This document shows, piece after piece, positions 18,330 through 28,946 of a DNA stretch of 64,000 bases. Under the pieces are notes generated by a model. The model had not been told where the DNA came from. It searched no databases and worked only from the letters and a program-made list of their open reading frames with translations. Each line of letters starts with the position of its first letter. The stretch's first letter is position 1. Source of the DNA: an uncultured bacterium (GTDB lineage: Bacteria > Krumholzibacteriota > Krumholzibacteriia > Krumholzibacteriales > Krumholzibacteriaceae); the NCBI GenBank assembly GCA_963786935.1, contig CAWBAN010000001.1, positions 768,001-832,000 of the forward strand, read 5' to 3'. The position numbers and the translations under genes are program-made.

Positions 18330-18872
18330 ATCAACAAGGAAAAGGAACGGGAGAAGCGGGTTCGTGTCAACGAGCAGATACGGCTGCCGGAGATCAGGGT
18401 CATCGACGCCGAGGGCAAGCAGCTCGGGGTACTCCCGACCGCGGAGGCGCTCAAGATGGCCGAAGAGCAGGGACTCGACCTCGTCGAGATCTCTCCGACG
18501 TCGCGGCCGCCCGTATGCAAGATCATGGATTTCGGGAAGTTCAAGTACGAGCAGAGCAAGAAAGCCCGGGAATCCAAGAAGAAGCAGCACACGACCCATT
18601 TGAAGGAGATCAAGATCCGTCCCAAGATCGAGGAGCACGATCTCCAATTCAAGCTGCGGAACGCGGAGAAGTTTCTCCAGGAAAAGGACAAGGTCAAGAT
18701 CACGGTCATTTTCCGGGGACGCGAGATGGAGCACATGGACATGGGCCGAAAGATCCTCGATCGCGTCGTCACGCAGTTCGCCGAAATCGCGGTCATCGAG
18801 AAGGACGCGATACAGGTCGGCAAGATGATTTCGATGATCCTGGGTCCGCGATCCGACAGAAAAGGGGGCTAG
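18330..18872 (+). CDS. infC: Translation initiation factor IF-3, non-canonical ATC start
   Basis: GGAGGT SD 6 nt before ATC AAC AAG; RVNEQIR...DLVEISP...PPVCKIMDFGKFKYE. Confidence 0.95.
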   Translation: MNKEKEREKRVRVNEQIRLPEIRVIDAEGKQLGVLPTAEALKMAEEQGLDLVEISPTSRPPVCKIMDFGKFKYEQSKKARESKKKQHTTHLKEIKIRPKIEEHDLQFKLRNAEKFLQEKDKVKITVIFRGREMEHMDMGRKILDRVVTQFAEIAVIEKDAIQVGKMISMILGPRSDRKGG

Positions 18873-18881
18873 AGAACAACT

Positions 18882-19076
18882 ATGCCGAAGCTGAAAACCA
18901 ATCGAGCCGCGCACAAGCGCTTCCGCGTCACGGGAACGGGACGGGTCAAGCGGACGAAGGCGTACGGAAGCCACATTTTGACGAAGAAGACGAGCAAGCG
19001 GAAACGCAACCTGCGCAAGGGGACCACGGTCGCGGCAAGCGACGCCAGGCGCGTCCGCCGGATGCTGGGCATGTAA
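18882..19076 (+). CDS. rpmI: 50S ribosomal protein L35
   Basis: [20 protein letters not shown]...HILTKK. Confidence 0.97.
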   Translation: MPKLKTNRAAHKRFRVTGTGRVKRTKAYGSHILTKKTSKRKRNLRKGTTVAASDARRVRRMLGM

Positions 19077-19136
19077 CGAGCGGGCGGTTCATTCCATCAC
19101 GAGCAGGCTTGCACGAGTCGCAGGAGGATTGACAGT

Positions 19137-19493
19137 ATGCCGAGAACGAAACAGGGTGTGGCTTCGAAGAGCCGCAAGAAAAAGATCATCAAACGGGCGA
19201 AAGGCTATTTCGGCAGCCGCCACACGCTCTATCGCCCGGCGCGCGAGGCGGTCAATCGAGCCCTCATGTACGCGTACCGGGACCGGCGCGCGCGGAAGCG
19301 GGATTTCCGGAAGCTCTGGATCGCCCGGATCAACGCCGCCGCGCGTCTGAACGGCATGAGCTACAGCCGCCTCATCGACGGGCTGAAGAAATCGAACATC
19401 GAAATCAACCGCAAAATGCTCGCGGAGCTCGCCATCAACGATGCGGCCGGCTTCACGAAGCTCGCGGAGATCGCGAAGGAATCCCTTCAATGA
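19137..19493 (+). CDS. rplT: 50S ribosomal protein L20
   Basis: AKGYFG...[24 protein letters not shown]. Confidence 0.98.
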   Translation: MPRTKQGVASKSRKKKIIKRAKGYFGSRHTLYRPAREAVNRALMYAYRDRRARKRDFRKLWIARINAAARLNGMSYSRLIDGLKKSNIEINRKMLAELAINDAAGFTKLAEIAKESLQ

Positions 19494-20548
19494 GCGAGCG
19501 ACCCGATCGCTCCGGGATCGATGAGATCGCGCTGCGGGCCGAACGGGCCTTCGCCGGGGCCGGCGACCTCGACACGCTCGAAGAGGCGCGTGTCCGTTTC
19601 ATCGGACGCAAGGGAGAGATCACGACGCTCCTGCGTTCCATCGGGAGCCTGCCGACCGAGGAGCGCCCCGCGTTCGGAGATCTCGTCAATGATCTGCGGG
19701 GGCGCATCGAGAACCTGTACGAGCGGCGCCGGAGCGCGCTGTCGGAAGGAGCGGCGGAAGAGGATTATTTCGCCGGCGATCCGACGCTCCCGGGGAGGCG
19801 CACGCTTCCCGGCGGCCGCCACGTGCTCCACCAGGTCCTGCGCGACATCAAGCGCATCTTCGCCGGCATGGGATACTCACTCGCCGAGGGGCCGGACGTC
19901 GAGCTCGACTATTACAATTTCGAGGCGCTGAATTTTCCGGCGGACCATCCGTCGCGGGACACGCAGGACACCTTCTATATCAACCGGGACATTCTCCTGA
20001 GGACGCAGACCTCGCCCGTGCAGGTGCGGTACATGGAGAAACACAAGCCGCCGCTCCGCATCATCGTGCCCGGCCGCGTCTACCGCAACGAATCGCCCGA
20101 TCCGTCCCATGCGGCGGAGTTCCTCCAGATGGAGGGGCTGTACGTCGACCGGAACGTGTCGCTCGCCGATCTCCGGAACGACGTGACCTATTTCGTGCGG
20201 GCGTATTTCGGATCGAGCGCGAAGGTGCGTTTCAGGCCGCACTTCTTCCCCTTCACGGAACCGAGCGCGGAAGCGGACATGTCGTGCTTCGCGTGCCGGG
20301 GCGCCGGATGCCCCATCTGCGGCAAGACCGGATGGATCGAGATCATGGGCGCCGGGATGGTGCATCCGCACGTGTTCCGCAACGTGGGCTACGATCCGGA
20401 CGCGTACACGGGGTTCGCGTTCGGCCTCGGCCTCGACCGGATCGCGATGCTCAAGTACGGCGTCGACGATATCCGGCGGCTCCTCGCGAACGATCTGCGG
20501 TTCCTCCGGCAGTTCTGGGCGGAAACGGCGGGGGAGGTGTTCGAGTGA
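19490..20548 (+). CDS. pheS: Phenylalanine--tRNA ligase alpha subunit
   Basis: [49 protein letters not shown]. Confidence 0.98.
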   Translation: MSERPDRSGIDEIALRAERAFAGAGDLDTLEEARVRFIGRKGEITTLLRSIGSLPTEERPAFGDLVNDLRGRIENLYERRRSALSEGAAEEDYFAGDPTLPGRRTLPGGRHVLHQVLRDIKRIFAGMGYSLAEGPDVELDYYNFEALNFPADHPSRDTQDTFYINRDILLRTQTSPVQVRYMEKHKPPLRIIVPGRVYRNESPDPSHAAEFLQMEGLYVDRNVSLADLRNDVTYFVRAYFGSSAKVRFRPHFFPFTEPSAEADMSCFACRGAGCPICGKTGWIEIMGAGMVHPHVFRNVGYDPDAYTGFAFGLGLDRIAMLKYGVDDIRRLLANDLRFLRQFWAETAGEVFE

Positions 20549-22941
20549 AGATCAGCCTCGGCTGGCTGAAACGGTACGTCGACATCGAGGAAGACGCCGT
20601 GACCCTCGCGCGCGATCTCACGATGTTCGGCGTGAACGTCGAGGGAATCGAGTCGCTCGCGCCCCCGTTCTCCGGCGTCGTGCTCGGCACCGTGCTCGAC
20701 GTCAAGAAACACCCGGGGGCCGACCGGCTCAGCCTCTGCTCGGTGGACGCCGGCGGCGCCCGTCCGCTCAGCATCGTGTGCGGCGCGCCGAACGTGACGG
20801 CGGGGATGCGTGTTCCGGTGGCGGTGGAGGGGGCCGTGCTCGCGGGCGGGCTCAAGATCAAGAAGTCGAAGATCAGGGGAGTCGTTTCCGAAGGAATGCT
20901 CTGCTCGGAATCGGAGCTGGGCTTGAGCGAGGATCACAGCGGCATCCTGTCGCTCGAGTTCGACGAGCGGCCGGGGACGAGCCTCGAGGGGAAGCTCGGG
21001 CAGTCCGAGTACGTGTTCGATCTCGAGGTGACCCCGAATCGTCCCGATCTCCTGTGCCACTACGGCATCGCGCGCGAGATCGCGGCGCGGTATCGGCGCA
21101 AGCTGACGGCGCCGGACCTCCTCGATCTTTCGACGGGGGCCGATTTCGACCTGCGGATCGAGAGCGGCGCCGATTGTCCCCGGTACGCCGCGGCCTTCGT
21201 CGATGACGTCGTCGTGGCCCCGTCGCCGGCATGGATGCAGAAGCTTCTCAAGTCGGTGGGCTTGAGCGCGATCAACAACATCGTCGACGCGACGAATTTC
21301 GTTCTCATGGAGCTCGGGCAGCCGCTTCACGCGTTCGATCGGGATACCCTCGCGAAGGACTCGATCGTGGTCAGGCGGGCGAAGAAGGGGGAGCGGCTCG
21401 TCACCCTCGACGGGATCGAGCGCGAGCTCGATCCGGGGATCCTCGTCATCGCAGACGACGCGCGTCCCGTGGGGATCGCCGGCGTGATGGGCGGCCGCGA
21501 CAGCGAGGTGACCGCCGGCACCACGCGCCTCGTCGTCGAGAGCGCGATGTTCGATCCGCGTCTCATCCGGGACGCGCGACAGCGCCTCAAGCTCGAGACC
21601 GAGGCCTCGTACCGTTTCGAACGGGAAGGGGACATCGGGATCATGGTGGACGCGGCGGCGCGCGCGTGCCGGCTCATTCGCGATATGGGCGCGGGGAAGC
21701 CGTCCGTCGCGTGCGCCGAGTTCATGCCCGATCCGAAGAGCGTCGAGCGGCGCGCCGTCTCGCTCCGGGTGAGCCACGCGAACCGGGTCATGGGCACCGA
21801 GCTCGCCGGCGACGATATCGCCGCGCTCCTCGACCGGCTCGAGCTCTCGTCCCGCTCCTACGGCGAGACGGTGCACGTTTCGATCCCGACGTTCAGGCGG
21901 GATATCCGGGAAGAGATCGATCTCGTGGAGGAAGCGGCGCGCGTCTACGGATTCGAGAACATCGGCATCGACGAATCCACGAGATGCAGCATCTTCGCCG
22001 CGACGCCGCTCGATGACCAGCGGATCGATTCGCTCGTCGAGTACCTCGTCGCCCGCGGATTCGCGGAGACCGTTACGAGCTCGTTCATGGATCCCGGCGA
22101 CGCGGGACGTATGGGATGGGACACGCGGGACGAACGGTACGATCCGCTGCGGATCGAGAATCCCCTCACGGAAGCGCAATCCGCGCTCCGGACGAGCCTG
22201 CTGCCGGGCCTCCTCGGCGTCCTGCGGCGGAACAGCCGCGCGGAACAGGAAGAGATACGGATTTTTGAAATGGGCAAGGTCTTCATCCCGGGGCCCGCGC
22301 GCGCGGGGCTTCCGCGGGAAGAGCGGCATCTCGCCGCCCTTTTCGTCCGCCATGCCGCGCCGCTCGAGTGGATGGAGCCGCGGCGTCAGATCGATTTTTT
22401 CGATATGAAAGGGGAGCTCGAGTCGCTCCTCGACCGGCTCGGCGTGGGCCGGCGGGTCGCCATGGTGAAGCCGCATGACGGCAAGGGGCATATATTCCAC
22501 TGGGTGCTCGGTGGAGCGATCATCGCGGAAGGGGGAATGATCGCGCGCGGCGTGTCGGAGGCGTACGACGTCGATTTCCCGATCTTCTATTTCGACCTCT
22601 TGCTCGACGCGCTGCCGCCGGCGGGAGCGGAATGGCCGAGATTCGAGCCGTTGAGCCAGTACCCCGCCGTCAAGCGCGACCTCTGCATCGTCGTCGCCGA
22701 TCGCGTGCGGTTCGCCGAGGTTAGAAACGTTATTATGAAACAGGCACAATATCTTGATTCTATTCGAGTTTTCGATTATTATCGTGGCGGTCATCTCGGG
22801 GATGGCAAACGGAGCTACACCTTCAGGCTCAGCTTCCGATCGTCCGAGGGCACCCTCGACGGAATCGCGGTCGACCGCGATGTCCAGAGGATCGTCGGGG
22901 CCCTCGCGCGCGAGCTCGGGGCTGCGCTGCGCACGGAATAG
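20545..22941 (+). CDS. pheT: Phenylalanine--tRNA ligase beta subunit
   Basis: GTG start overlaps the pheS stop; KISLGWL, VCGAPNV, TPNRPDLL, GQPLHAFD, YPAVKRDL. Confidence 0.96.
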   Translation: MKISLGWLKRYVDIEEDAVTLARDLTMFGVNVEGIESLAPPFSGVVLGTVLDVKKHPGADRLSLCSVDAGGARPLSIVCGAPNVTAGMRVPVAVEGAVLAGGLKIKKSKIRGVVSEGMLCSESELGLSEDHSGILSLEFDERPGTSLEGKLGQSEYVFDLEVTPNRPDLLCHYGIAREIAARYRRKLTAPDLLDLSTGADFDLRIESGADCPRYAAAFVDDVVVAPSPAWMQKLLKSVGLSAINNIVDATNFVLMELGQPLHAFDRDTLAKDSIVVRRAKKGERLVTLDGIERELDPGILVIADDARPVGIAGVMGGRDSEVTAGTTRLVVESAMFDPRLIRDARQRLKLETEASYRFEREGDIGIMVDAAARACRLIRDMGAGKPSVACAEFMPDPKSVERRAVSLRVSHANRVMGTELAGDDIAALLDRLELSSRSYGETVHVSIPTFRRDIREEIDLVEEAARVYGFENIGIDESTRCSIFAATPLDDQRIDSLVEYLVARGFAETVTSSFMDPGDAGRMGWDTRDERYDPLRIENPLTEAQSALRTSLLPGLLGVLRRNSRAEQEEIRIFEMGKVFIPGPARAGLPREERHLAALFVRHAAPLEWMEPRRQIDFFDMKGELESLLDRLGVGRRVAMVKPHDGKGHIFHWVLGGAIIAEGGMIARGVSEAYDVDFPIFYFDLLLDALPPAGAEWPRFEPLSQYPAVKRDLCIVVADRVRFAEVRNVIMKQAQYLDSIRVFDYYRGGHLGDGKRSYTFRLSFRSSEGTLDGIAVDRDVQRIVGALARELGAALRTE

Positions 22942-22955
22942 GGGAGGGACGGCGC

Positions 22956-23240
22956 ATGGCAGGTACAGGAATCATCAATCTCGATGCGCTCGAGGAGAAA
23001 ATAACGAAAGCCGCGGAGCATATCTCCCGGCTGAAGGAAGAAAAATTGAGGCTCGAGCAGGTCAATAAAGAGTTGAAAGAAAAAATCGATTCGTTGTATA
23101 TTAACAACGGTGATTTGACGAGGGAACTCGAAATCTTACGGACCGAAAAGCAAAAGACTGGAGATTTCGATCAAACGAGAGAGGAGATAAAAGGGAAGGT
23201 AGAGGAGATGCTGGCGAAGCTGGATCAGCTCGACATCTGA
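22956..23240 (+). CDS. Coiled-coil ZapB-like cell division protein
   Basis: 94-aa heptad-rich protein between pheT and zapA. Confidence 0.65.
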   Translation: MAGTGIINLDALEEKITKAAEHISRLKEEKLRLEQVNKELKEKIDSLYINNGDLTRELEILRTEKQKTGDFDQTREEIKGKVEEMLAKLDQLDI

Positions 23241-23325
23241 TCGGCAGCCGGTTGATAAAGGCGGGTAACCGGGAGAGGAAGAAACGGACACGAAAGGCTC
23301 TGCGTTGATCTCGGAAGGCAGTCTC

Positions 23326-23622
23326 ATGACCGAAAAGAGCACTGAAAAGGTGGAAATTTTTGGTCAGGAGTATAAAATCAAGGGTGTTGGCAACCCTCAG
23401 TATATTCATAAGATAGCAGGATACGTGGACCGGAAGATGAGGGAAATAGCCCATTCGAGCGGCATCATGTCGCAATCGCGCATCGCCATATTGGCAGCTC
23501 TCAATATTACTGACGAGCTCTGTCAGGAGCGCGAGGAACGCGAACGGCTCCAAGCCGAGCTCGAGGGCAAAGCCGCGCGATTGGGCGAGCTCCTTGATAG
23601 CAAGATCAGCGTCGAGCGTTGA
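23326..23622 (+). CDS. zapA: Cell division protein ZapA
   Basis: VEIFGQEYKI...IAGYVDRKMREI...RIAILAALNITDEL. Confidence 0.92.
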   Translation: MTEKSTEKVEIFGQEYKIKGVGNPQYIHKIAGYVDRKMREIAHSSGIMSQSRIAILAALNITDELCQEREERERLQAELEGKAARLGELLDSKISVER

Positions 23623-23694
23623 TCCTCCTTGCCCCGGGGCGCACGCCGAAGATCTGGGGACCGCGAGGATATGCTCATAACGCATGAGAGGAAA

Positions 23695-23880
23695 AATTCC
23701 CTACCGTGCTCGTGATGGAGAGGCAAAATTTTAGCCAACACCTTTAGCCCGGAGGTCTCATATCTGGCCGCCGATGCCAAGCCCGGCGCGACCGGGATCG
23801 CAGAAACGGCCATGCGGACTTCCACCTTTGCTTTTCTGGCTTAAAGGGTGACTTCTCCACACGGCACAGCGTGGGGAATT
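23695..23880 (+). ncRNA. ssrS: 6S RNA
   Basis: ~186-nt rod: AATTCCCTAC/GTGGGGAATT, GTGC-CGTG/CACG-GCAC and TGGAGAG/TTCTCCA closing stems around a central bubble; classical zapA-ssrS-rny position. Confidence 0.8.
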
Positions 23881-24022
23881 ATCTTCGCCGGTCCCGCGCC
23901 GCGGCATCTCCCGCAGCAGAGATTCAACCATCTCATATCTCAAAGCGTTCGCAGCAACTGAAGAAGCGTTGACCTGAGTCGCGCGGAGGTGAGCACCCCG
24001 ATCGTTCATCGGGAAATCAACT

Positions 24023-25588
24023 ATGCAAGGTGTATTCTTTTTCACGTCGGCCGGGATACTGATTCTCTTCATCGGCCTCGTGGCAGGGTGGTTCATCAAC
24101 AAGAAGGTCTCGGAAAGCCATCTCAAGCACACGAGGAAGCTCGCGGAGAACATCATCGCCGAAGCCCAGCGGGAAGCCGAGACGCAGAAGAAAGCGGCGA
24201 TTCTCGAGGCGAAGGACGAGTGGTATCAGGCCAAGCTCAGATTCGAGAAGGAGACGCAGGAGGCGCGGCAGGAGCTCAAGAAGCAGGAGCGGCGTCTCGA
24301 AGAGAAGGAACAGAACATCAACCGAAAGGTCGACTACCTCGAGACCCGCGAGCAGGAGATCGGCGAACGGCAGAAGTCCCTCGACGGCAAACTGCAGGGG
24401 GTGGCCGAGAAGAACGAGGAGCTGAACCGCGTGCTCCAGATGCAGAACGACAAGCTCGAGCGGCTCGCCGGCCTCAGCAAGGACGAGGCGAAGAAGCTTC
24501 TCATCACGAATCTCGAGAGCGAGGCGCGGCACGAGGCGGCGAAGAAGATCCGCGACATCCGCGAGGAAGCGGAGCGCAACGCCGTCAAGGAGAGCCGCGA
24601 GATCCTGACGCTCGCGATCGAGCGGTGCGCGGCCGATCACGTCGTCGAGTCGACCGTGTCGGTCGTCGATCTGCCGAGCGACGAGATGAAGGGGCGTATC
24701 ATCGGCCGCGAGGGGCGCAACATCAGGGCGTTCGAGAACGCGACCGGCATCGACGTGATCATCGACGACACGCCGGAAGCGGTCATTCTCTCGGGCTTCG
24801 ATCCGATTAGGCGCGAGGTCGCCCGGCTCTCGCTCGAGAAGCTCGTCAAGGACGGCCGCATCCATCCGGGGCGCATCGAGGAGGTCGTCGAGAAAACGCG
24901 GAAGGAGCTCCTCGAGGAGATCCGCGAGATCGGCGAGCAGACGTGCCTCGAGCTCAACATCCACGGCCTGCATCCCGAGCTGGTGAAGCTTCTCGGCCGT
25001 CTCAAGTATCGCACGTCATACGGCCAGAACGTGCTCCAGCACTCGAAGGAAGTCGCCTATCTGTCGAGCCTGCTCGCCGGCGAGCTCGGCGCCGACGCCG
25101 TGATGGCGAAGCGCGCCGGCCTCCTGCACGATATCGGCAAAGCGGCGGACCACGAGATGGAGGGGGGACACGCCACGATCGGCGGCGAGCTCGTGAAGCG
25201 ATACGGCGAGAACGAGAAGATCATCAACGCCGTCGGCGCGCACCACGAGGACATCGAGGCGACGTCGATGCTCACGCATCTCATCTCGGCCGCCGACGCC
25301 ATTTCCGGCGCGCGGCCGGGCGCGCGGCGCGAGACGCTCGAAAACTACATCAGGCGGCTCGAGAAGCTCGAGAAGATCGCGGACGCCTTCGACGGCGTCG
25401 AGAAATCGTACGCGATCCAGGCGGGGCGCGAGATCAGGATACTGGTGAACTTCAAGAAGCTCGACGACGCGCAGTCCGTCGACCTCTGCTCGGAGATCGC
25501 GCGGAAGATCGAGGGAGACATGGAATATCCCGGGCAGATCAAGGTGGTCGTCGTCCGGGAGACGAGAGCGGTCGATTACGCGCGCTGA
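24023..25588 (+). CDS. rny: Ribonuclease Y
   Basis: N-terminal TM helix, coiled coil, KH domain ([12 protein letters not shown]), HD domain (LLHDIGK), YPGQIKV. Confidence 0.97.
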   Translation: MQGVFFFTSAGILILFIGLVAGWFINKKVSESHLKHTRKLAENIIAEAQREAETQKKAAILEAKDEWYQAKLRFEKETQEARQELKKQERRLEEKEQNINRKVDYLETREQEIGERQKSLDGKLQGVAEKNEELNRVLQMQNDKLERLAGLSKDEAKKLLITNLESEARHEAAKKIRDIREEAERNAVKESREILTLAIERCAADHVVESTVSVVDLPSDEMKGRIIGREGRNIRAFENATGIDVIIDDTPEAVILSGFDPIRREVARLSLEKLVKDGRIHPGRIEEVVEKTRKELLEEIREIGEQTCLELNIHGLHPELVKLLGRLKYRTSYGQNVLQHSKEVAYLSSLLAGELGADAVMAKRAGLLHDIGKAADHEMEGGHATIGGELVKRYGENEKIINAVGAHHEDIEATSMLTHLISAADAISGARPGARRETLENYIRRLEKLEKIADAFDGVEKSYAIQAGREIRILVNFKKLDDAQSVDLCSEIARKIEGDMEYPGQIKVVVVRETRAVDYAR

Positions 25589-25602
25589 GCGCGCCGGTGG
25601 GT

Positions 25603-26400
25603 ATGCGGATACTGTTTCTCGGCGATATCATCTCGAAGGCGGGCCGGCGTGCCCTCGCCGCCGGGCTCGGTCCGCTCAAGGCGCGGCTCGCCGTCGATCT
25701 CTGCGTCGGCAACGTCGAGAACGCCGCCGGCATCTTCGGCATCACGCAGAAGGTCGTCGACGAGGTCGCGGCCGTCGGCGTCGATGTCATGACGAGCGGC
25801 AATCACGTGTGGGACAAGCGCGAGGGCCTCGCCGTGCTCGATGCGCGGGAGGATCTGCTGCGTCCGGCGAACTATCCCCCCGGCGTGCCGGGGCGGGGAT
25901 TCGCCGTTCGGGAGACGGGGGGAACGCCGTTCGCGGTCATCAATCTCCAGGGGCGGACCTTCATGACGGCGATCGATTGCCCGTTTCGCTGCGCGGACGC
26001 GATTCTCAGCGAGATCCCGCCCGGCGTCAAGATCGTGCTCGTCGATTTCCACGCGGAGGCGACGAGCGAGAAGCAGGCGCTCGCCGCGTATCTCGACGGC
26101 CGCGTGAGCGCCCTCGTCGGGACGCACACCCACGTGCAGACCGCCGACGAGCGGATTCTGCCGGGGGGAACGGGATTCATCACGGACCTCGGGATGGTCG
26201 GACCGATCGATTCGGTGATCGGCGTGCGCAAGGAACAGGTGATCGAGCGGTTCATGCGGGCGCTGCCGGTGCGGTTCGAGGTCGCCGAGGGAGCCGCGTG
26301 CATCGGGGGGCTTCTCGTCGACGTGGACGACGCGACGGGGCGCGCCCGCGCGGTGCTGCGGATTCGGGAGGAGATCGAGCTGCAGGAGGAGCAGCCGTGA
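25603..26400 (+). CDS. ymdB: YmdB/TIGR00282 metallophosphoesterase
   Basis: MRILFLGDI, NVENAAG, TSGNHVWD, DFHAEATSEK, GTHTHVQTAD. Confidence 0.92.
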   Translation: MRILFLGDIISKAGRRALAAGLGPLKARLAVDLCVGNVENAAGIFGITQKVVDEVAAVGVDVMTSGNHVWDKREGLAVLDAREDLLRPANYPPGVPGRGFAVRETGGTPFAVINLQGRTFMTAIDCPFRCADAILSEIPPGVKIVLVDFHAEATSEKQALAAYLDGRVSALVGTHTHVQTADERILPGGTGFITDLGMVGPIDSVIGVRKEQVIERFMRALPVRFEVAEGAACIGGLLVDVDDATGRARAVLRIREEIELQEEQP

Positions 26401-27302
26401 GCTTCGATCCGAAGAAGCTGATCGACGGGAAATCGGTCGCGGAATCGGTTCTGGCCGAGGTCGCCTCCGGGGCGTCGGATTTTTCCCGGAATCGCCGGGC
26501 GCCGTTTCTCGCGGTCGTCATCGTCGGCGAGGATCCCGCCTCGCAGGCGTACGTCAGGAGCAAGGTGAAGGCCGCGGAGCGCTGCGGAATCGCCTCGTCG
26601 CTCATCGAGCTGCCGGCCGCCGTCGAGGCGCGGGACCTCCTCGAGCGTCTCGACCGCCTCAACGCCGACGCCGGCGTCGACGGTATCCTCGTGCAGATGC
26701 CGCTCCCGCCTCATATCGACCAGCAGGAAATCATCGAGCGCATATCGCCGGCCAAGGACGTCGACGGATTGCACCCCTACAATATCGGGCGCCTCGCCTC
26801 CGACAAGCCGCGGTTCATCCCCTGCACGCCGTTCGGAATTCTCGAGCTGCTGTCGCGCTACGGCGTGCGGCCGGAGGGCCGGCGCGTCGTCGTCGTCGGG
26901 CGGAGCATTCTCGTCGGGAAGCCCGTCGCGCTGCTGCTGGCGCGGAAACACGCGAGCGGCAACGCGACCGTCACGATCTGTCATTCCCGGACGAGCGGCC
27001 TCGGATCAGTGACGCGGGAAGCGGACATTCTCGTCGCCGCGATCGGCGCGGCGCACGCGATCACGGGGGACATGATCAAGGCGGGGGCCGTCGTCATCGA
27101 CGTCGGCATGAATCGCGTGCCCGACGAGACCGCGAAGAAAGGGTACCGGCTCACCGGAGACGTCGATTTCGAATCGGCCTATCCGCGCTCTTCGCTCATC
27201 ACGCCCGTTCCGGGCGGCGTCGGGCCCATGACGGTCGCCATGCTCATGCGCAACACGCTCCAGGCCGCGCGGTGGTCGCATGGAGTGCGGGATGAAGGAT
27301 AG
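26397..27302 (+). CDS. folD: Methylenetetrahydrofolate dehydrogenase/cyclohydrolase
   Basis: KDVDGLHP, PCTPFG, GRSILVGKP, TPVPGGVGPMT. Confidence 0.97.
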   Translation: MSFDPKKLIDGKSVAESVLAEVASGASDFSRNRRAPFLAVVIVGEDPASQAYVRSKVKAAERCGIASSLIELPAAVEARDLLERLDRLNADAGVDGILVQMPLPPHIDQQEIIERISPAKDVDGLHPYNIGRLASDKPRFIPCTPFGILELLSRYGVRPEGRRVVVVGRSILVGKPVALLLARKHASGNATVTICHSRTSGLGSVTREADILVAAIGAAHAITGDMIKAGAVVIDVGMNRVPDETAKKGYRLTGDVDFESAYPRSSLITPVPGGVGPMTVAMLMRNTLQAARWSHGVRDEG

Positions 27303-28788
27303 CGCGGAGAACGCTCCGGCGGGAGAGGTCCGGCCGGATCTCTACACGGTGACGGAGATCGGCGAGGCCGTCAGGCAGCACCTCGAGTCTGAATTCCCGC
27401 GCGTGAGCGTCATCGGCGAGATCGCGAATTTCAAGCGCCACACCTCAGGGCACGTCTACTTCACCCTCCGGGACAATTCGAGCATGATTCACGCGGTGCT
27501 GTTCCGGCGATACGCCGACCGCGTCGCGTTCGCGCCGGCGAACGGGATGCTCGTCATCGCCCCGGGGAGGATCTCGCATTTCGGCGGCTCGGGGCAGACG
27601 CAGATCATCGCGACCGATTTGATCCCCGCCGGGCGCGGCGGCCTCGAGCTCGAGTTCAGGCGGCTGCTCAAACGTCTCATGGACGAGGGGCTCACCGCCG
27701 AGGATCGCAAACGGCGGCTCCCGCGGTATCCCGCGCGGATCGCCGTCATCACGTCGCCGACGGGCGCCGTGGTCCGCGACATCGTCAATACGCTGCGCCG
27801 GCGGTGGCCCGTGGCCGAGATCGTCCACGTCCCGGCCGAGGTGCAGGGACCGGGCTCCGCGGCATCCATCGCGCGCGCCTTCGAAGTCGCCAACGGCATG
27901 GACGACGTCGATACCGTGATTCTCGCGCGCGGGGGAGGGAGCGTCGAGGATCTCTGGAGCTTCAACAGCGAAGAGGTCGCGCGGGCCGTCGCCGGATCGG
28001 TTCATCCGGTGGTGACGGGGATCGGCCACGAGATCGACACGACGGTGGCCGATTACGTCGCCGACGTCCGCGCGGCGACGCCGACCGCTGCCGCCGAGCT
28101 CGCCGCTCCCCCGGTCGACGACGTTCTCCGCGAGCTCGAGGGCTCGCTCGGGCGGATCGCGATCGTGGAGTCGGCCTCGCTCGCCAACAGGCGGCACCTC
28201 GTCGAGTACCTCGTCAGGAGCTCCGCGTTTCCGGCGCTCGCGCATCGGATCGAGCGCTCGGAGCTCGCCGTCGACGACGGCCTCGAGCGGCTCGCCGACT
28301 GGCGTCGTTCGCGCGTCGACGGGATCGTCGAGGCCCTCGATGCCTCGGCCGCCGGCATGGCGGCGTCGCTCGACGAGCGCATCGGGGGGGATCGGGATTC
28401 GCTCGGCTCCGCGCTCGAGCGTCTTTCGGAGCGGAATCCCTCCGGCGCGGTTCGCGCCGCGGCCGGGTTGATCGATCAACGCATGCGGGTGATGGCGGTG
28501 GGGCTGGCGGGAGATCTGAAGCTCAGGGATCGGGAGGTTTCCGGGAAGATCGGGGCGCTCGCGGCGCTCGACCCGCGCGGCGTATTGAAGCGCGGCTACG
28601 CGTACTGCACCGACGGGGGAGACGAGCGGGTGATACCGCGCGCCGCCGGAGTATCCCCGGGCGACCGGCTCGCGGTTCATTTCCACGACGGGGGGCTCCT
28701 CTGCTCCGTGCGGGAAAAGAAGAAAGGACGGCCATGGCGAAAAAAGCGAGCTTCGAGGACGCGCTCGACCGGCTCAACGCGATCGTGA
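27292..28788 (+). CDS. xseA: Exodeoxyribonuclease VII large subunit
   Basis: GEIANFKRHTSGHVYFTL, ARGGGSVEDLWSFN, GIGHEID, TPTAAAE. Confidence 0.95.
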   Translation: MKDSAENAPAGEVRPDLYTVTEIGEAVRQHLESEFPRVSVIGEIANFKRHTSGHVYFTLRDNSSMIHAVLFRRYADRVAFAPANGMLVIAPGRISHFGGSGQTQIIATDLIPAGRGGLELEFRRLLKRLMDEGLTAEDRKRRLPRYPARIAVITSPTGAVVRDIVNTLRRRWPVAEIVHVPAEVQGPGSAASIARAFEVANGMDDVDTVILARGGGSVEDLWSFNSEEVARAVAGSVHPVVTGIGHEIDTTVADYVADVRAATPTAAAELAAPPVDDVLRELEGSLGRIAIVESASLANRRHLVEYLVRSSAFPALAHRIERSELAVDDGLERLADWRRSRVDGIVEALDASAAGMAASLDERIGGDRDSLGSALERLSERNPSGAVRAAAGLIDQRMRVMAVGLAGDLKLRDREVSGKIGALAALDPRGVLKRGYAYCTDGGDERVIPRAAGVSPGDRLAVHFHDGGLLCSVREKKKGRPWRKKRASRTRSTGSTRS

Positions 28789-28946
28789 AGCGGCTCGAGG
28801 AAGGCGACGTTCCGCTCGAGGAGAGCATCGGGCTCTATGAGGAGGGCATGAAGCTCGGCGCACTCTGCAAGGGCATCGTGCGCGACGCCGAGCGGCGGAT
28901 GAAGCAGCTCACCGAGGAGATCGCCGGGCGCGAGGGGGATGACTAG
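28734..28946 (+). CDS. xseB: Exodeoxyribonuclease VII small subunit
   Basis: SFEDALDRLNAIVKRLEEGDVPLEESIGLYEEG. Confidence 0.93.
   Translation: MAKKASFEDALDRLNAIVKRLEEGDVPLEESIGLYEEGMKLGALCKGIVRDAERRMKQLTEEIAGREGDD

Noticed and set aside
14084..22794. Very long antisense ORFs opposite dnaK, thrS and pheT (and similar ones elsewhere)
   Set aside because: Expected shadow ORFs in high-GC DNA with strong codon bias; no motifs or RBS.
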